A stretch of DNA of 64,000 nucleotides from the human T2T-CHM13v2.0 reference genome, Homo sapiens: assembly GCF_009914755.1 (NCBI RefSeq), contig NC_060935.1; one strand, written 5' to 3'. Positions 27,621 through 40,066 of this stretch are shown here, in pieces. Under the pieces are notes generated by a model. It saw only the letters and a list, made by a program, of their open reading frames with translations. It made no database searches and was not told the DNA's origin. How positions within the stretch are numbered: the stretch's first letter is position 1; every line of letters starts with the position of its first letter. A program made the translations under genes and the position numbers.

Positions 27621-29695
27621 AAAAAAAAAAAGGCTATTAACATATTTTGACACATTAACATATTTTGAATGGACAAGTGTAACGGTTCAGGTATAAGAAT
27701 TAAAAGGAGGTGAATCAAAGGGGCACAGGAAAATTCTGAGGGAAATACCTGTGACAATATATGTAGCTATCTAATCTCCTCTAGGTATTTTCTGTCCTGT
27801 GTACATTATTTACATGATTCTGTATAATGTTAAAGTCTACCAAATATGTAATGGAAAGAGACTTACAAAAACTCACAAAACTGAAATATATAGCACCTCA
27901 CTTTCTTAATGCTAAATATACAAATATTTCTTCGGCTGTCATCAAAAGTTGAACTATATAGTGAGTGCACCCAGTCCACTGGCCCTAAATTGGACTAAGC
28001 TATTTAACAACTTAACTATCTCATATTGTTGGATTAGGTGTTTGAGACCTAAACAATCACTTGGGGAAAAATGCAGTGAAAAATACTTAATAAAAATGTC
28101 TGGCAATGCTTTATGAACTTGGTAGTGATTACATTGACTGCTTTCATTATTCATTTAATTATAAATGAATATTTTGTGAACTTTTCAATGCATATGATAA
28201 ATTTGTTGATAAAATAAGGAAACAGAGTCTTTTCAATATGTACCACATTAATGTAAATTATTTAAAACCCAAAATACACTTAAAATCAGAATTGTGATGT
28301 TTTATTTTTATTAGATAACATTTTCAAATAAAATATCTTCATAATAATCAACAAAAATTGGTGCTTGCTCCTGGAAAGTAATTTTTTCTATCAGGTTTTG
28401 TGAATAAAACAACTACTTGTAATTACTGCATGAGAATTCTTAGTAATTATAACTAACAAATATTTACAATCACCACCAACAACAAATTTGAATGTAAAAG
28501 TAACAGAATTTAAAATTGTTTTGAAAAAATCAGCCAAATATTTAAAATTGAAATCCCATTCAAATAATGCAAATGGTCTTTTCTTTCATTGACAAATTTT
28601 ATTTTAAAGCAGTTTGGAACCAAGTTCACTTTTTTACTTAATATTTCCAAATAACAAAGATACCCTAATTTGCAGTAAACTTGTGCATTTTTAGACCAGT
28701 CATGCTAACAGATGATACTAACAGAATATATCAGCTGGAAATGGGCAGAAGTATCTGATCTGGGAACAGAGAGTCCAGACCACAGAGAGCAGCACTTAAA
28801 GCTGGGCACTGTACTTCTTGGGCACCTGAAAACCCCGTCAGCAAACCCATGGGCCTCTTGTTCACAATAAGCTGTGTCCCCCTCTGCATGTGACAGCTGT
28901 AGCTGGTATCCAGGGGTGAAGCATCTCTTTGGTTGGAATTTTAAAGTGGAGCAATGAGTGCTATCTTGTCTCACTGCTCTTGCTCCTGCCAAAGACATGC
29001 TGTGCTGTCACATCATACTTCTTTACTCTTGACCACCCAGGAGCCCTTCCCAAGCTAAATCTGCCAAAGCAACCAAACTGAAATTCCCAACCTGGCTATC
29101 CTAGGCTCAGTACCTTAACCTCAAACCCCTTTTGCCATTCTATCTGCTGTGCAGTAGTTAGAAAGCTCTGTCCCAATCTATTTTCATAAAGGAGAAAGAA
29201 TGAGACGTTTGGAAAGAAGTACCTCAAAACCTTTTCATTAATAAGTCAGCCTTGCTGCTATGTCAAATCCAGGACCTGGTAACATTTCAATTCCTTCGGG
29301 TGATGAAGTGAACTTGGTTGGTCAATAGGCACCATTTCATGAACCTCAAAATATAATTTCTAACTTAACGTTTTTCCTGAAAGTTAAACCTTGGGATATT
29401 GCCATTTTAAGTTAATGCAATATAATCTGTGTTTAAAATATATGTAATTAATATAATTAAGCTTTTATGTAAAAAAGAAAGATTTTATGTGTCTTTAACA
29501 TATGTTAGTATGTTTTTCCAGTTTGAATTGTGTGCATGGAGAAACTGTGATACAACAAATAAGAAACAAGTATTTGACAATAGCTATATCTTTACCAAAT
29601 TACACATACAAAGCTTGTAAACATTCAGTAATTGTAAAATAAGCTTATACATTCGAAAGTTATTTTATGTCTAATTTTCTCATTACATTAATTTT

Positions 29696-30015
<320 letters not shown>

Positions 30016-30718
30016 TTAATTTAAACGTTAGTTATAAATATTATTAGAAATGGTTTTAATTAAAAAAATCAGTTACACTTGCCAGGTCAACACAAGAAAT
30101 TCAACCTGTAAAATAAGCCTGTTGACTTCACAGAACTAAGTCAAGCTAGTTGCTGATTCATTTTCCATGAAGGAGTGCTGGTGACTACAATACAGTACTC
30201 AGATCACAATGTATATTCTATGCCTGCAATTCACATTTTACTTTTTTGTTAAGTACTGGGTGGTTATAGACATGAATTTTATACACCTTTTTCTATGTCA
30301 TTAAAACGTGAACTTCTAAAATATGTGCTTTAGAGCAAAATCCAAACCAAACAGTTTTAAGGTTTCTCTTTAACCAGGCACTATAATGAATGTAGGCACA
30401 AGAAAGGTAGAAGCAAATACAGACATTCAGACTCTGCTTCAGGAATAAAAGTTTTAAACAAAATTAAGTAAGATAAATATCATAATGAATATAAAAACTT
30501 GACTCTTCACTCTAACACCAATAATTTTAATCACATAGAAGTAAAGTACTTAGCCAGAAATATCATCTTCTAAGGCTATTCTCACAAAATGTTTTAGAAC
30601 TTTTCAAAAATTATGGTATCTGTATAAACATAAAAATTACAATGATAATTAATCATGTCCCCTACCTATGATATATCCTTTGAGGGGCATCTTGCCCTAA
30701 GTTCATTCACAGTAGTAA

Positions 30719-31379
30719 TGATGCAGGATTTTTCTCAGCCACTTTGCCAACTGGGGACTTCCATGGCCTGTGACACCCCCTACCCCCTGCCAGGGCCTTG
30801 CTCAGCCCGTGTCCTGCTGCTAGAGGCACCCCACCCACTCAGCCTGCCTGTCTTATAGATTGTACCCACATTCAGCAGTTCCTGAGCTCTTGTCCTGTGT
30901 CCAAGAAGAACGAGGTTACACTGACAATTCAAAGGGTGAGGATGGGCAGAGAAGAATTTTACTGAGTGAGAGAACAGCTCTCAGCCGAGAGGGGATGTGG
31001 GGAGGTGGCCCCCCACCACTGCATTCTGGTGGTTTCTCTCCCAGTGTGGCTGGATCCAGGGATTCTTACGTACTCAGAATGGGGAGTGCATGCTGATTGG
31101 TTTGTAAGTACACAAAAAAGATTAAAGCAAAGACACCATTCAAAGGTGGGCAGAAGACGGTGTAGAAAATCAATTGGGAAAGGGTAGGTAAATGTAAAAT
31201 AGGTGAAGTGTGGGGATCAGAGGAAAGTGCACCAGACAGAAAGACAGGTTCTCAATCCAGTCCATGGGTTTCACTTGTAGCTTGGCTTTCAAGCTTTAAA
31301 CTGTCTTTGGCTTGAAGGTAGAGTTTCACCGGGGACCTGCCCCTATCTGCCTAGACATTTCTGTCTCCTGCCACTATCA
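30719..31379. mobile_element. ERV1 solo LTR (LTR27/LTR28/LTR1/MER52-like group)
   Basis: TG...CA termini (TGATGCAGG...CCACTATCA). Internal CTCTTGTCCTGTGTCCAAGAAGAACGAGGTTAC and GCTTGAAGGTAGAGTTTCACCGGGGACC. Absent from the paralogous segment near 61000. Confidence 0.8.
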
Positions 31380-32737
31380 ATAGTAGGCAATAGACAGTTT
31401 AACTTCTGTGTAGAGCCTGATTTTCTATTCTTTTTGTCATGAGTAACTATTTTTGTTTCTAAATGAAGGCATAATATCTAATAGGGCCTGTACAGTACAT
31501 ACACTACTATGGAAATAGTGACATGCCTTATCAGGAAGGCTTGACCCAAACTCCTCAGCCTCACCATTTAGGAAATTATCACTATTATTAAAAGATCTGG
31601 ATGAAACATGTCTTTGGAGCTCACCCTGTTTACCCTACCTTAAAATCAAACCTTTGCAGGGGCAAGTTCATTTTTCTAGTTGTGGATCAAAGCCTTGAAG
31701 AGCATATCTGTGCTACAGGCATTTTGGCTGAGGGCACCATCATTCCCATACAACCCCCATCTTCCAGCTCATTCTGAAATAACTCCCCAGAAGCCCTCTT
31801 TCTTCCCAGACTTCTTTTTTTTTTTTCAATTTATTCGTGGGACGAACAATGGTTTCGAAAATCAGGCTCTGTGTCATTAGCTGTGTGACCCTGAGCAAGT
31901 CACATATCATTTCTTCATCTGGAGCACAGGATAAGAAGATCTAAATGTAAAGTGATTTGTTAAAAATGCAGCACACAGCATGGGCCTCGGATTCCATTTT
32001 TGATTCTCAGAGGAAAAAAAAGTCAAATTTACATATTAAAAGAATAAATCTCAATCAGGCAAATTTGTGCCATATAATTTTGTTTGCTTTTTAAAAGAAG
32101 TATTGGATCTCTTTTTCCAGATAAGAACCCCTGTTACACGGCTAGGTAGACAGAAAATCTTGACACTCATTATACATGGCACTTTATTCTTTTGCCAAGA
32201 ATATCATTGTAAAACTTTTAATCACAATCACAATCCACAGACATTGTGGACATAAACAAGGTGGTAACAATGTCAGTTCTATTACAACAAAATATAAGTT
32301 GACCAATGTATTGTCATTATTGGTAGGATTTGAGAAAGGTGGATAGAGTTGTGAACCTAGTCCGTCTGTAAACATCTGTAAGAACAGAACCTTGGTCCAA
32401 TAAGGTGTGCAGTTCCATTACAGATGTGAGGCCAGAAATCCAGAATAAGAACCACTCTTAAAAGAACCCTGAAAAATTCTGGAGATTTTTACAACTTTAC
32501 CTGGTCCACAATTGTTGTCATCCCTTCTCTCTTTTAATGTGGTTATAAATAATAAAACTAATGAAACAAGAAAGGGTTCTATGTAATTGTTTCAGAGAAG
32601 GCAAGAAAGAAATGAATTTGTCAGACAGCATCCAACTCTCTGGCGTACCTTTGATGAGGGAGACACGTAAGAAAAAATAGTAGGTAGTGTTATCCTTAGA
32701 TAGGAAATTATATCAACTCAGCATCTCCACCTGGTAT

Positions 32738-33310
32738 TGTTACTGGCTAATGTTGTGAAGTCCCAAGTTCTTGGTGCCATAAACAAAGAATTGGACATGA
32801 CACACACGCAAATAGCAAAGCAGCAAGTGGTTTATTAAGCACGGTATGATCCGCAATGGATCAGGCTGACCCGCAAGTGGTATCAGCCCTGGTTTGTTAC
32901 ATTTCATGGCCTTTTACTTGTTTTTTTCCTCACTTGCTTAACCTCACCTTCTCTCCCGTAAATGAATTGCACATCCTTGCCTTTCCCTCACTGTGCCTTA
33001 ACCTCACTTTATTTCTCATAAGCTAATTGCTCATCCTTGCTTAACCTTACTTTATCTATTCTGACCAAATTGCTCATCTTTACTTTTACTTCTCATGACC
33101 AAATTGCTACTACAAGTCCCTCCTACTTACTTCCCTTACATTGCGTGTTCCAACTCACTGCTTACTCCCTTATCTACTTGCTGCTTACGCCCTTATTTCA
33201 AATGTTCTATTGCTGCTGTCTTGCAGGTTTTGCTTTTGCTATTGCTTAAGCTAACCTACATCCAACAGGTCCCCTTCACCCCCGACTTCCTCTGCTATTC
33301 TCCTGCCTCA
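32738..33310 (-). mobile_element. ERV1 (MER4/MER51-group-like) solo LTR, 573 bp
   Basis: Termini TGTTAC...TATTCTCCTGCCTCA with an exact 4-bp TSD GTAT (32734-32737 and 33311-33314). Minus-strand AATAAA at about 32831. Internal degenerate tandem repeats at 32933-33110. Confidence 0.85.
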
Positions 33311-33556
33311 GTATGGGGAACAAAGCTCAGGCTTGGGCCACCTTGGGACTAAGGACAACTCTTCTGTCCAAGGATAGACCCACACAGTTACATTGCATAG
33401 TGAGAGAAGAAAGGCAGAAACCTTGCCAACACGACTTTAGAAAGAAAGATGGAGAGAAGGCAGAAAAGATTAGGAGGAAGCGGATGAGGAGGAGCAGGAA
33501 GAGGAGAGGAAGACTCAGCAATTGGAGAGGGGCTAAGGCAGCACCATTGGCTCTAC

Positions 33557-34490
33557 TCAGTTTGTAATTTTATTTAGGGTTTCCTTTAGAGCAAGTTTGA
33601 CATCCTTGTTCCTGAGGCTATAAATGAGGGGGTTCAGCATGGGTACCACATTCGTGTAAAACACTGAGAGAAACTTCCCCTGACCCATATACCAATCAGA
33701 TGATAACTTAACATGAGTGATCAGCCCAAATTCATAGAATAGGCCAACAGTTATTATGTGGGAGCCACAGGTACCGATGGCTTTGAACCAACCCTCGGCT
33801 GAGGACATGTGAAGGATATTGAAAAGAATCAAAGCATAAGAGATTAAGATAATGAGGCTTGATACTATAACAACTGTGCCTACAATAACAGACATCACCA
33901 GCTCATTGGCCTAGGTGCTGCTGCAGGAGAGCTGGAGCAGTGGGAAGATGTCACACATGTAATGGTTGATGACGTTGGAGTCACAAAAGATGAGCTTCAT
34001 CATACACTCTGTGTGGACCATGGCCCCAGCAAACCCCATCACATATGAACCAAGCATCAGTAGAGAACAGATCTGAGGGGACGTGGTGACCATGTACAGA
34101 AGGGGTTTGCAGATGGCCACATAGCGATCATAGGCCATGGCTGTCAGCACATAGCACTCAGAGTGGACAAAAAAGCAGAAGAAAAAGAGCTGAGTTATGC
34201 ATCCTGGAAAGGAGATGATGTTCCTCTCTGAAATAAAGCTCATCAGCATTTTGGGGGTAAAGACAAATGAATAACAGAGATCAATGAAGGACAGATTGAA
34301 AAGGAAAAAATACATGGGAGTGTGAAGGTGTGAATTCAGGCAAATTAGATTAATTAAACTCAAGTTGCCCACCATGGTGGTCATATAGTTCACCAAGAAC
34401 AGGAAAAACAGGGGCAATTAGATCTCAGGCTGGTCTGTTAATCCCAAAAGAATAAACTCTTGTCACTGAAGAGTCATTTTCCACAGCCAT
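33557..34490 (-). pseudogene. OR8-family olfactory receptor pseudogene (possibly OR8C1P, unverified)
   Basis: ATG 34490 gives MAVENDSSVT, then a +1 insertion, TAA at 34418-34420 and an in-frame TAG at 33911-33913. [16 protein letters not shown] and [15 protein letters not shown] are intact. Confidence 0.95.
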
Positions 34491-35549
34491 TAACTTGCTG
34501 GGTGTGATCTGTAGGAACAGGTGTAGAAAACATTAATAATGGATCCTCACTCTTTATCTCCAGAGGGAGAGCTGAATCTCCTGGTTTACAAACCCAGGGA
34601 TGTCTGAAGACACATAGCAAGGCATCCAAGGCTTAATATTTTCTATGATGATACCTGAGAATTTCCTTTTCCTGCTCTTCTCCGCCATCATGTTTTGTGT
34701 CTGTCAGTGAGAATGCTGGTAGACCTCCCAATGTGTCTGCACATTATTCCCTCTCTTCTCCTCAAACTTCTCTAAGGATTAAAGCTGGAAAAAGCAATGA
34801 ATTGATGGTATTCCCCCAGAATCTTTGATTTATATAGTTTTGAGTTTGAACGGAAATTATCAAGACAAAAGTGATTCAATGCTTACCTTTCTATCCTTGG
34901 AGGACTAACTGCTGCAGGACCTTCAGGGTCCTTCCTCCCCACTGTCCTGAGAGGGTCAAAGTTGCTGATGATGAAGGAGGTAATTGCCAACAGCACAGAC
35001 CTCCATCTTCGACATGCTAGAAGAGGTATTCTAGGGAATATGCCATAATATCTGTCTGAGAATTTTCCCAGACGGTTCTCTCCTCCTGCATGCAGGAAAA
35101 CAACCACCTTATAGGAGCCTCCTAAAGTCAGATGAATCAAATAAAAATCTATTTCATGTCGCATAGTTCTGGGAAAGTTGACTAGAAGCACAAAAAATTA
35201 TTATCTGTTTTATGATTTCCTCCCAAGTTTAATGAGCCCCTCAAGGGTAGATATTACCAAACCTGTGTTTACAACTTGTGTCACAGATCCAGCATTGGCT
35301 CCTTTGGGACTCAGTGTTCCACTCAGTTCATAATTTGGCATCAAGAAGTCCTAATCCCCACTGCAGAAGGACGAGCTCCTCCCTTTGTAATCATTCCCTG
35401 GAGTCTATGCACAATTCTACAGGGGAAATGTCCAGGGCACAGTCACTTGCCATTTCTGCTACCTTCCTACAAGACCCCTGGATTGTGTTAATAAAATATT
35501 AGATCATACCCTTAACACTATACATGCTTGTGGATTCCACCTCAATAGA

Positions 35550-35825
35550 GATGTAGCAAAATGGTTGAGGGAATGGGAGCAGGCCCTCAAGTCAGGCTGA
35601 GTTTACATCCAGGCCTCTTAACTTTCTCTGAGACCTCAGACAAGTGATAGAACTTCTCTGCCCCTTATGTATGTATATTTGTATCTATATAACCTATGCA
35701 TATCTACAAACTAAGGCTAATTTTAAAAAGCTATCTCATAGCGTTTTGTGGGAATTACATGAGTTAATTCACATAAAGTGTTAGAAATGTGCCTGACACA
35801 TAATAAGAACCTGATAGGTGTTGGC
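35550..35825. mobile_element. MIR SINE (paralogous copy at about 62810-63050)
   Basis: GACCTCAGACAAGTGATAGAACTTCTCTG...ATTACATGAGTTAAT...AAAGTGTTAGAAATGTGCCTGACACATAATAAG. Confidence 0.7.
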
Positions 35826-35861
35826 ACCCCTGCCCCTGTTACTCATCCATATATATAAAAA

Positions 35862-36083
35862 TCAGGATTTATTGATCTTGGTACTTTTTACATTTTGGAT
35901 AAGTTTTGGTTGTGGGGCTGTCCTGTGTAGCACAGGACTCACAGCACAGCATCCCTGACCTCACCCATTAGATGCCAGTGATATTCCCCCTACCATACAG
36001 ACACACCAATCACTAAATCAAAATATTCTCCATTGTCAGACATCACCTGGGGAGCAACATTGCCCATATTTGAGAATCGCTGC
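35862..36083. mobile_element. MER20 hAT-Charlie element
   Basis: GTTGTGGGGCTGTCCTGTG...AGCATCCCTGACCTC...TAGATGCCAGT...TTGAGAATCGCTG. Confidence 0.8.
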
Positions 36084-36632
36084 TCTGTCTGTATAGCCTG
36101 GACTTCTGCCATAACTGTTTTTCAGAAAGTTCTACTTTATGTCTATTTATGTGTCTCAAGTTCAAAGTGCTCCAAATTGAATTCAGTGTTTTCTTAGGCT
36201 TCCCAGGGCTGCTCCTTCTCAGGTCATCATTTTATAAATTATTTTTACCACCGTCTGGGCATATAATCCACAAAGTAAACTTAAGCACCTCCTTCTCCCT
36301 TACTATCTCTTCCAGTCTCCAAGTCCCAGAGAATCCACCTCTTTGAATGATCTGGACTTTCTCTCAATTCTACAGCTTTCACAGTCCCTCTTCATCTCAA
36401 ATTTGGATTACTCTAATGGTTTTCTAACTTAGACTCCTTAAAGGTGAGAATTTGGACCTTTCAGGTCTATCACCACCACTGAAAACACACACACACCTCC
36501 TCTTCCTGGCCCCCAGTACCAATTCCTACCAATAGGATTATAATTATAAATTCGGTTGTAACAATATTCCTCTGTTACATTATTAAGCCTATTTTTAAAC
36601 ACTATTCACAAAAAATTCATCAAGTACTGTAA

Positions 36633-37042
<410 letters not shown>

Positions 37043-37151
37043 TCTCTATTCTATCCCATGGACTTGTTCACCTGACTTTATAACAAAACCAATCTGCCTT
37101 GATTGTCACGGCCTTATACTAATTTTTAAAATCAGCTAATGTAAGTCTTCT

Positions 37152-37622
37152 TTGCCATTTAGGGTCCCTTAAGTAGGAGATGTCAAGAAATGATAAGACT
37201 TGCAACACATATTTTGTTATAAATGCCTATTAAGGATAAAACTGGAGGGAGCAAGAGTCAGCGATGAAGGCCTCAGACCAGGATGAAAGTCACCTACGAA
37301 AGGAGAAAAAAATGGAAAGATCGGTTAGGAAAATCTCAGACCATAGAGCAGTTCTAAAAAGTCTTGGTCAGGAGGATAGGAAGTCTCTAAACAAAGATTT
37401 CCTATCAGAAAAGACATATGTTAGATGGAAATTGCCAGCTCTCTTTAAGTCCCACCCACCCTGCTGAGTCATTGGTGGAGGGCATCTCAGAGTAAGAATG
37501 GACTCTGCCTAAACACCATGGTGGATCCAAAGAAGTGCAGCTATAGACTTTCAGTCAGCTATGCACCCCACTGCTGGGTCTCTTCATGGGGAGCTGAGCT
37601 GTTCTTCTCTGAGACTACCACA
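37152..37622. mobile_element. LTR33-like ERVL solo LTR (duplicate at about 50985-51453)
   Basis: AAATGCCTATTAAGGATAAA...CTCAGACC...GCAGTTCTAAAAAGTCTTGG...GAGTCATTGG...GGTGGATCCAAAG...CTACCACA. Confidence 0.7.
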
Positions 37623-37755
37623 CTCCACCTCCAAAAATATAAATTAAACCCCAAAGCTGTTCAGATTTATAATTGTCATTATTTTTGTATGTTATTAATT
37701 ATTAATTAAAATAATACATTTATTATTGGTGTAAGAAGCAAGGTACTCCAGTTCA

Positions 37756-38080
37756 GCCAGGCACAGTGGCTCACACCTGTAATCCCAGCACTTTGGGAGG
37801 ATGAAGCAGGAAGATTGTTTGAGGCCAGGAGTTAAATTTTTTTCTCCAAATATTTAAAAATTAGGGAGGCATGATGGTGTGTGCATGTACTCCCAGCTAC
37901 ACAGGATGCTGAAGAAGTCCTCTACCTCATGCTGTACACAAAAGTTAATCTAAAAATGGACCAAAACCATACACACACAAAAAACTTAAACTATAGGCTG
38001 AAGTGGAAGAATTACTTGAGCCCGGGAGTTGGAGGCTGCAGTAAGCTATGATCGAATCACTGCACTCCTATCTGGGTGAC
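37756..38080 (+). mobile_element. AluJ-like, interrupted by an 82-bp L1-like insert, tail deleted
   Basis: GCCAGGCACAGTGGCTCACACCTGTAATCCCAGC start, insert at 37915-37996, ends at GGGTGAC. Confidence 0.88.
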
Positions 38081-38974
38081 AACCTTTATATAAAATGTGT
38101 TTCATGTCTTATTGGTGAGATAAAGTTTAAGTAGGCTCACAAAATATTTGTAGAAATATAGTTTATTAATATTAGTATACATTCCTTATGATAAACCACA
38201 CTGGATAAGGAAAATGTTGTATAAAATATTTCTACTAACAATGTGCAGTATTTACCTATAATGAGTAAAAAATAACATTTACAGTAGGAACTACATGCTT
38301 TTTTTCAAAATTTTCAGTGCTGTTTTAGACAGTAATAAATGAAGTTTTATAATGTAAACTATATTCCCCCTTATTGGAATCCTGAGGTGCACATGTATTA
38401 TTTCTCTAATCATCCTCTGTTAATGCTGCCTTTGGCAATAAAAGGTGGAGATACACATATTCTCTGCTGTATCAAATGGACTGGAATGATAGAGGTTCTC
38501 AAAAGCAAACGGCATGTGGTACAAATTTTGCCATTCTCAAAGGGAACAAGAAAAGTCAGAATAATAAAAGGCAAAATGGTGACAACATAGAACAAAAGGA
38601 CAAGATCAAGGGGAACTGATTCTGCTTTAAATTACCTACCATTTGTAGTGGATATATTTCATCAAATCCAGCTGCCTATATCTGTAACAATGTTGATAAA
38701 AATAAGAATGCTTCTATCATATTTGGCACTTCTGTGTTTAGGTGAGAAAGCTGTGACTTTGACATTTTTATAATTCATGAAATTTACCACATTTTTCCAA
38801 TTAAGAATAGCCCAGGAGAGAGGAAAGGTAGAAAATGATGAAGAAAAATATCAGTGCATATGTTCCCTTTACAAATATGCCATGACCTCTTTAGTAATAT
38901 TGCGAGAAGTGCCAGAGATGCAAAAACAAAAAAGAAGACACAAGATGATCTCATAAGAGAAATGATAAGACAAG

Positions 38975-38980
38975 TTTATT
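38975..38980 (-). terminator. Candidate polyadenylation signal for OR8B2 (paralog at 52965-52970)
   Basis: First minus-strand AATAAA after the stop codon, about 105 nt downstream, present in both copies. Confidence 0.35.
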
Positions 38981-39084
38981 AAATCACACATAACACCATC
39001 TGTAGAAACAACAAAATCTCTTCATGAAAAACACTAATAAAAATTTGAAGTCCTTCAATTGTTTTACATCATTACTGCTTCTAA

Positions 39085-40026
39085 TTAGAATATATTTCTC
39101 CTCTGAATTTTAATCAGAGCTTTCCTCAGTGCAACTTTGACATCCTTGTTCCTCAAACTGTAGATGAGGGGATTGAGCATGGGCACCACATTAGTGTAGA
39201 AAACAGAAGAAACTTTTCCCTGCTCCATAGATCCAGAAGAATATTTAATATACATGAATGCCGCTGACCCAAAAAACAGAGACAGAGCAATGACATGAGA
39301 GCTACAAGTACTGAAGGCTTTTGATCTTCCTTGAGTGGATTTGATATGAAGAATGCTAGTGACAATGAAAACATAAGAAATGAGGATGGTACAACTGGGT
39401 ACCGTGATATTAGTACCCACAACAATGAGAACAACCACCTCGTTGACATAGGTGCTGGTGCAGGAAAGCTGGAGGAGGGGGAGTATGTCACACAAGTAAT
39501 GGTTGATGATATTAGCACTGCAGAAGGTGAGTCTAAGCATGCACCCGGTGTGGGCCGTGGCTCCAGCCAATCCCATTATGTAAGCAGCAAAAGTGAGCAT
39601 AGAACAGACCTGATGGGACATGGTGACCTTATACAGCAATGGATTACAGATGGCCACATAGCGATCATATGCCATTGAAGTCAACATGTAACATTCAGAG
39701 ATGACGAAAAAGAGAAAGAAAAACAGCCGAGTCATGCACCCAACATTGGAGATAATATTCTTTTTTGACACAAAGTTCATTAGCATTTTGGGAGTGAAAA
39801 CAGAGGAGTAACAGAGATCAATGAAGGAGAGATTGAAGAGGAAATAGTACATTGGTGTGTGGAGGTGAGAATTTAGACCGAAAAGAGTGATCAAGCCAAG
39901 GTTGCCTACCATGGTGACAATGTAGATCACTAGAAACAGGAAAAAGAGGGGTTGCCGGAACTCTGGATGATCTGTTAATCCAGCAAGAATAAATTCAGTC
40001 ACTAAGGAGTTGTTTCTAGCCAGCAT
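39085..40026 (-). CDS. OR8B2: Olfactory receptor family 8 subfamily B, 313 aa, intact single-exon ORF
   Basis: All OR motifs present: NxS glycosylation site, [42 protein letters not shown]. The ISNVGCMTR and GTNIT variants match my recollection of OR8B2. Confidence 0.9.
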   Translation of the reverse strand: MLARNNSLVTEFILAGLTDHPEFRQPLFFLFLVIYIVTMVGNLGLITLFGLNSHLHTPMYYFLFNLSFIDLCYSSVFTPKMLMNFVSKKNIISNVGCMTRLFFFLFFVISECYMLTSMAYDRYVAICNPLLYKVTMSHQVCSMLTFAAYIMGLAGATAHTGCMLRLTFCSANIINHYLCDILPLLQLSCTSTYVNEVVVLIVVGTNITVPSCTILISYVFIVTSILHIKSTQGRSKAFSTCSSHVIALSLFFGSAAFMYIKYSSGSMEQGKVSSVFYTNVVPMLNPLIYSLRNKDVKVALRKALIKIQRRNIF

Positions 40027-40066
40027 TTTTTGTCTTCAAAAATCTGGGAAGACAAAAGAAAATTCT
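40027..40066 (-). promoter_or_regulatory. Splice acceptor of the coding exon, 17 nt before the ATG
   Basis: TTTTCTTTTGTCTTCCCAG|ATTTTTGAAGACAAAAAATG with AG at 40044-40045. Identical at 54034-54035. Confidence 0.7.

Noticed and set aside
33313-33567. Basic Arg/Lys-rich 84-aa ORF antisense to the OR pseudogene end
   Set aside because: It arises from a purine-rich low-complexity tract and shows no recognisable homology.
35228-35248. Greek-Island-type Lhx2/Ebf composite enhancer motif
   Set aside because: The spacing and Ebf match are imperfect and the paralog lacks it. Kept only as weak promoter evidence.
39153-39678. Alternative-frame and antisense ORFs recurring at several OR loci (also 53143-53668, 22493-22904, 14412-14694)
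   Set aside because: These are shadows of the conserved OR codon pattern. Their recurrence follows from paralogy.
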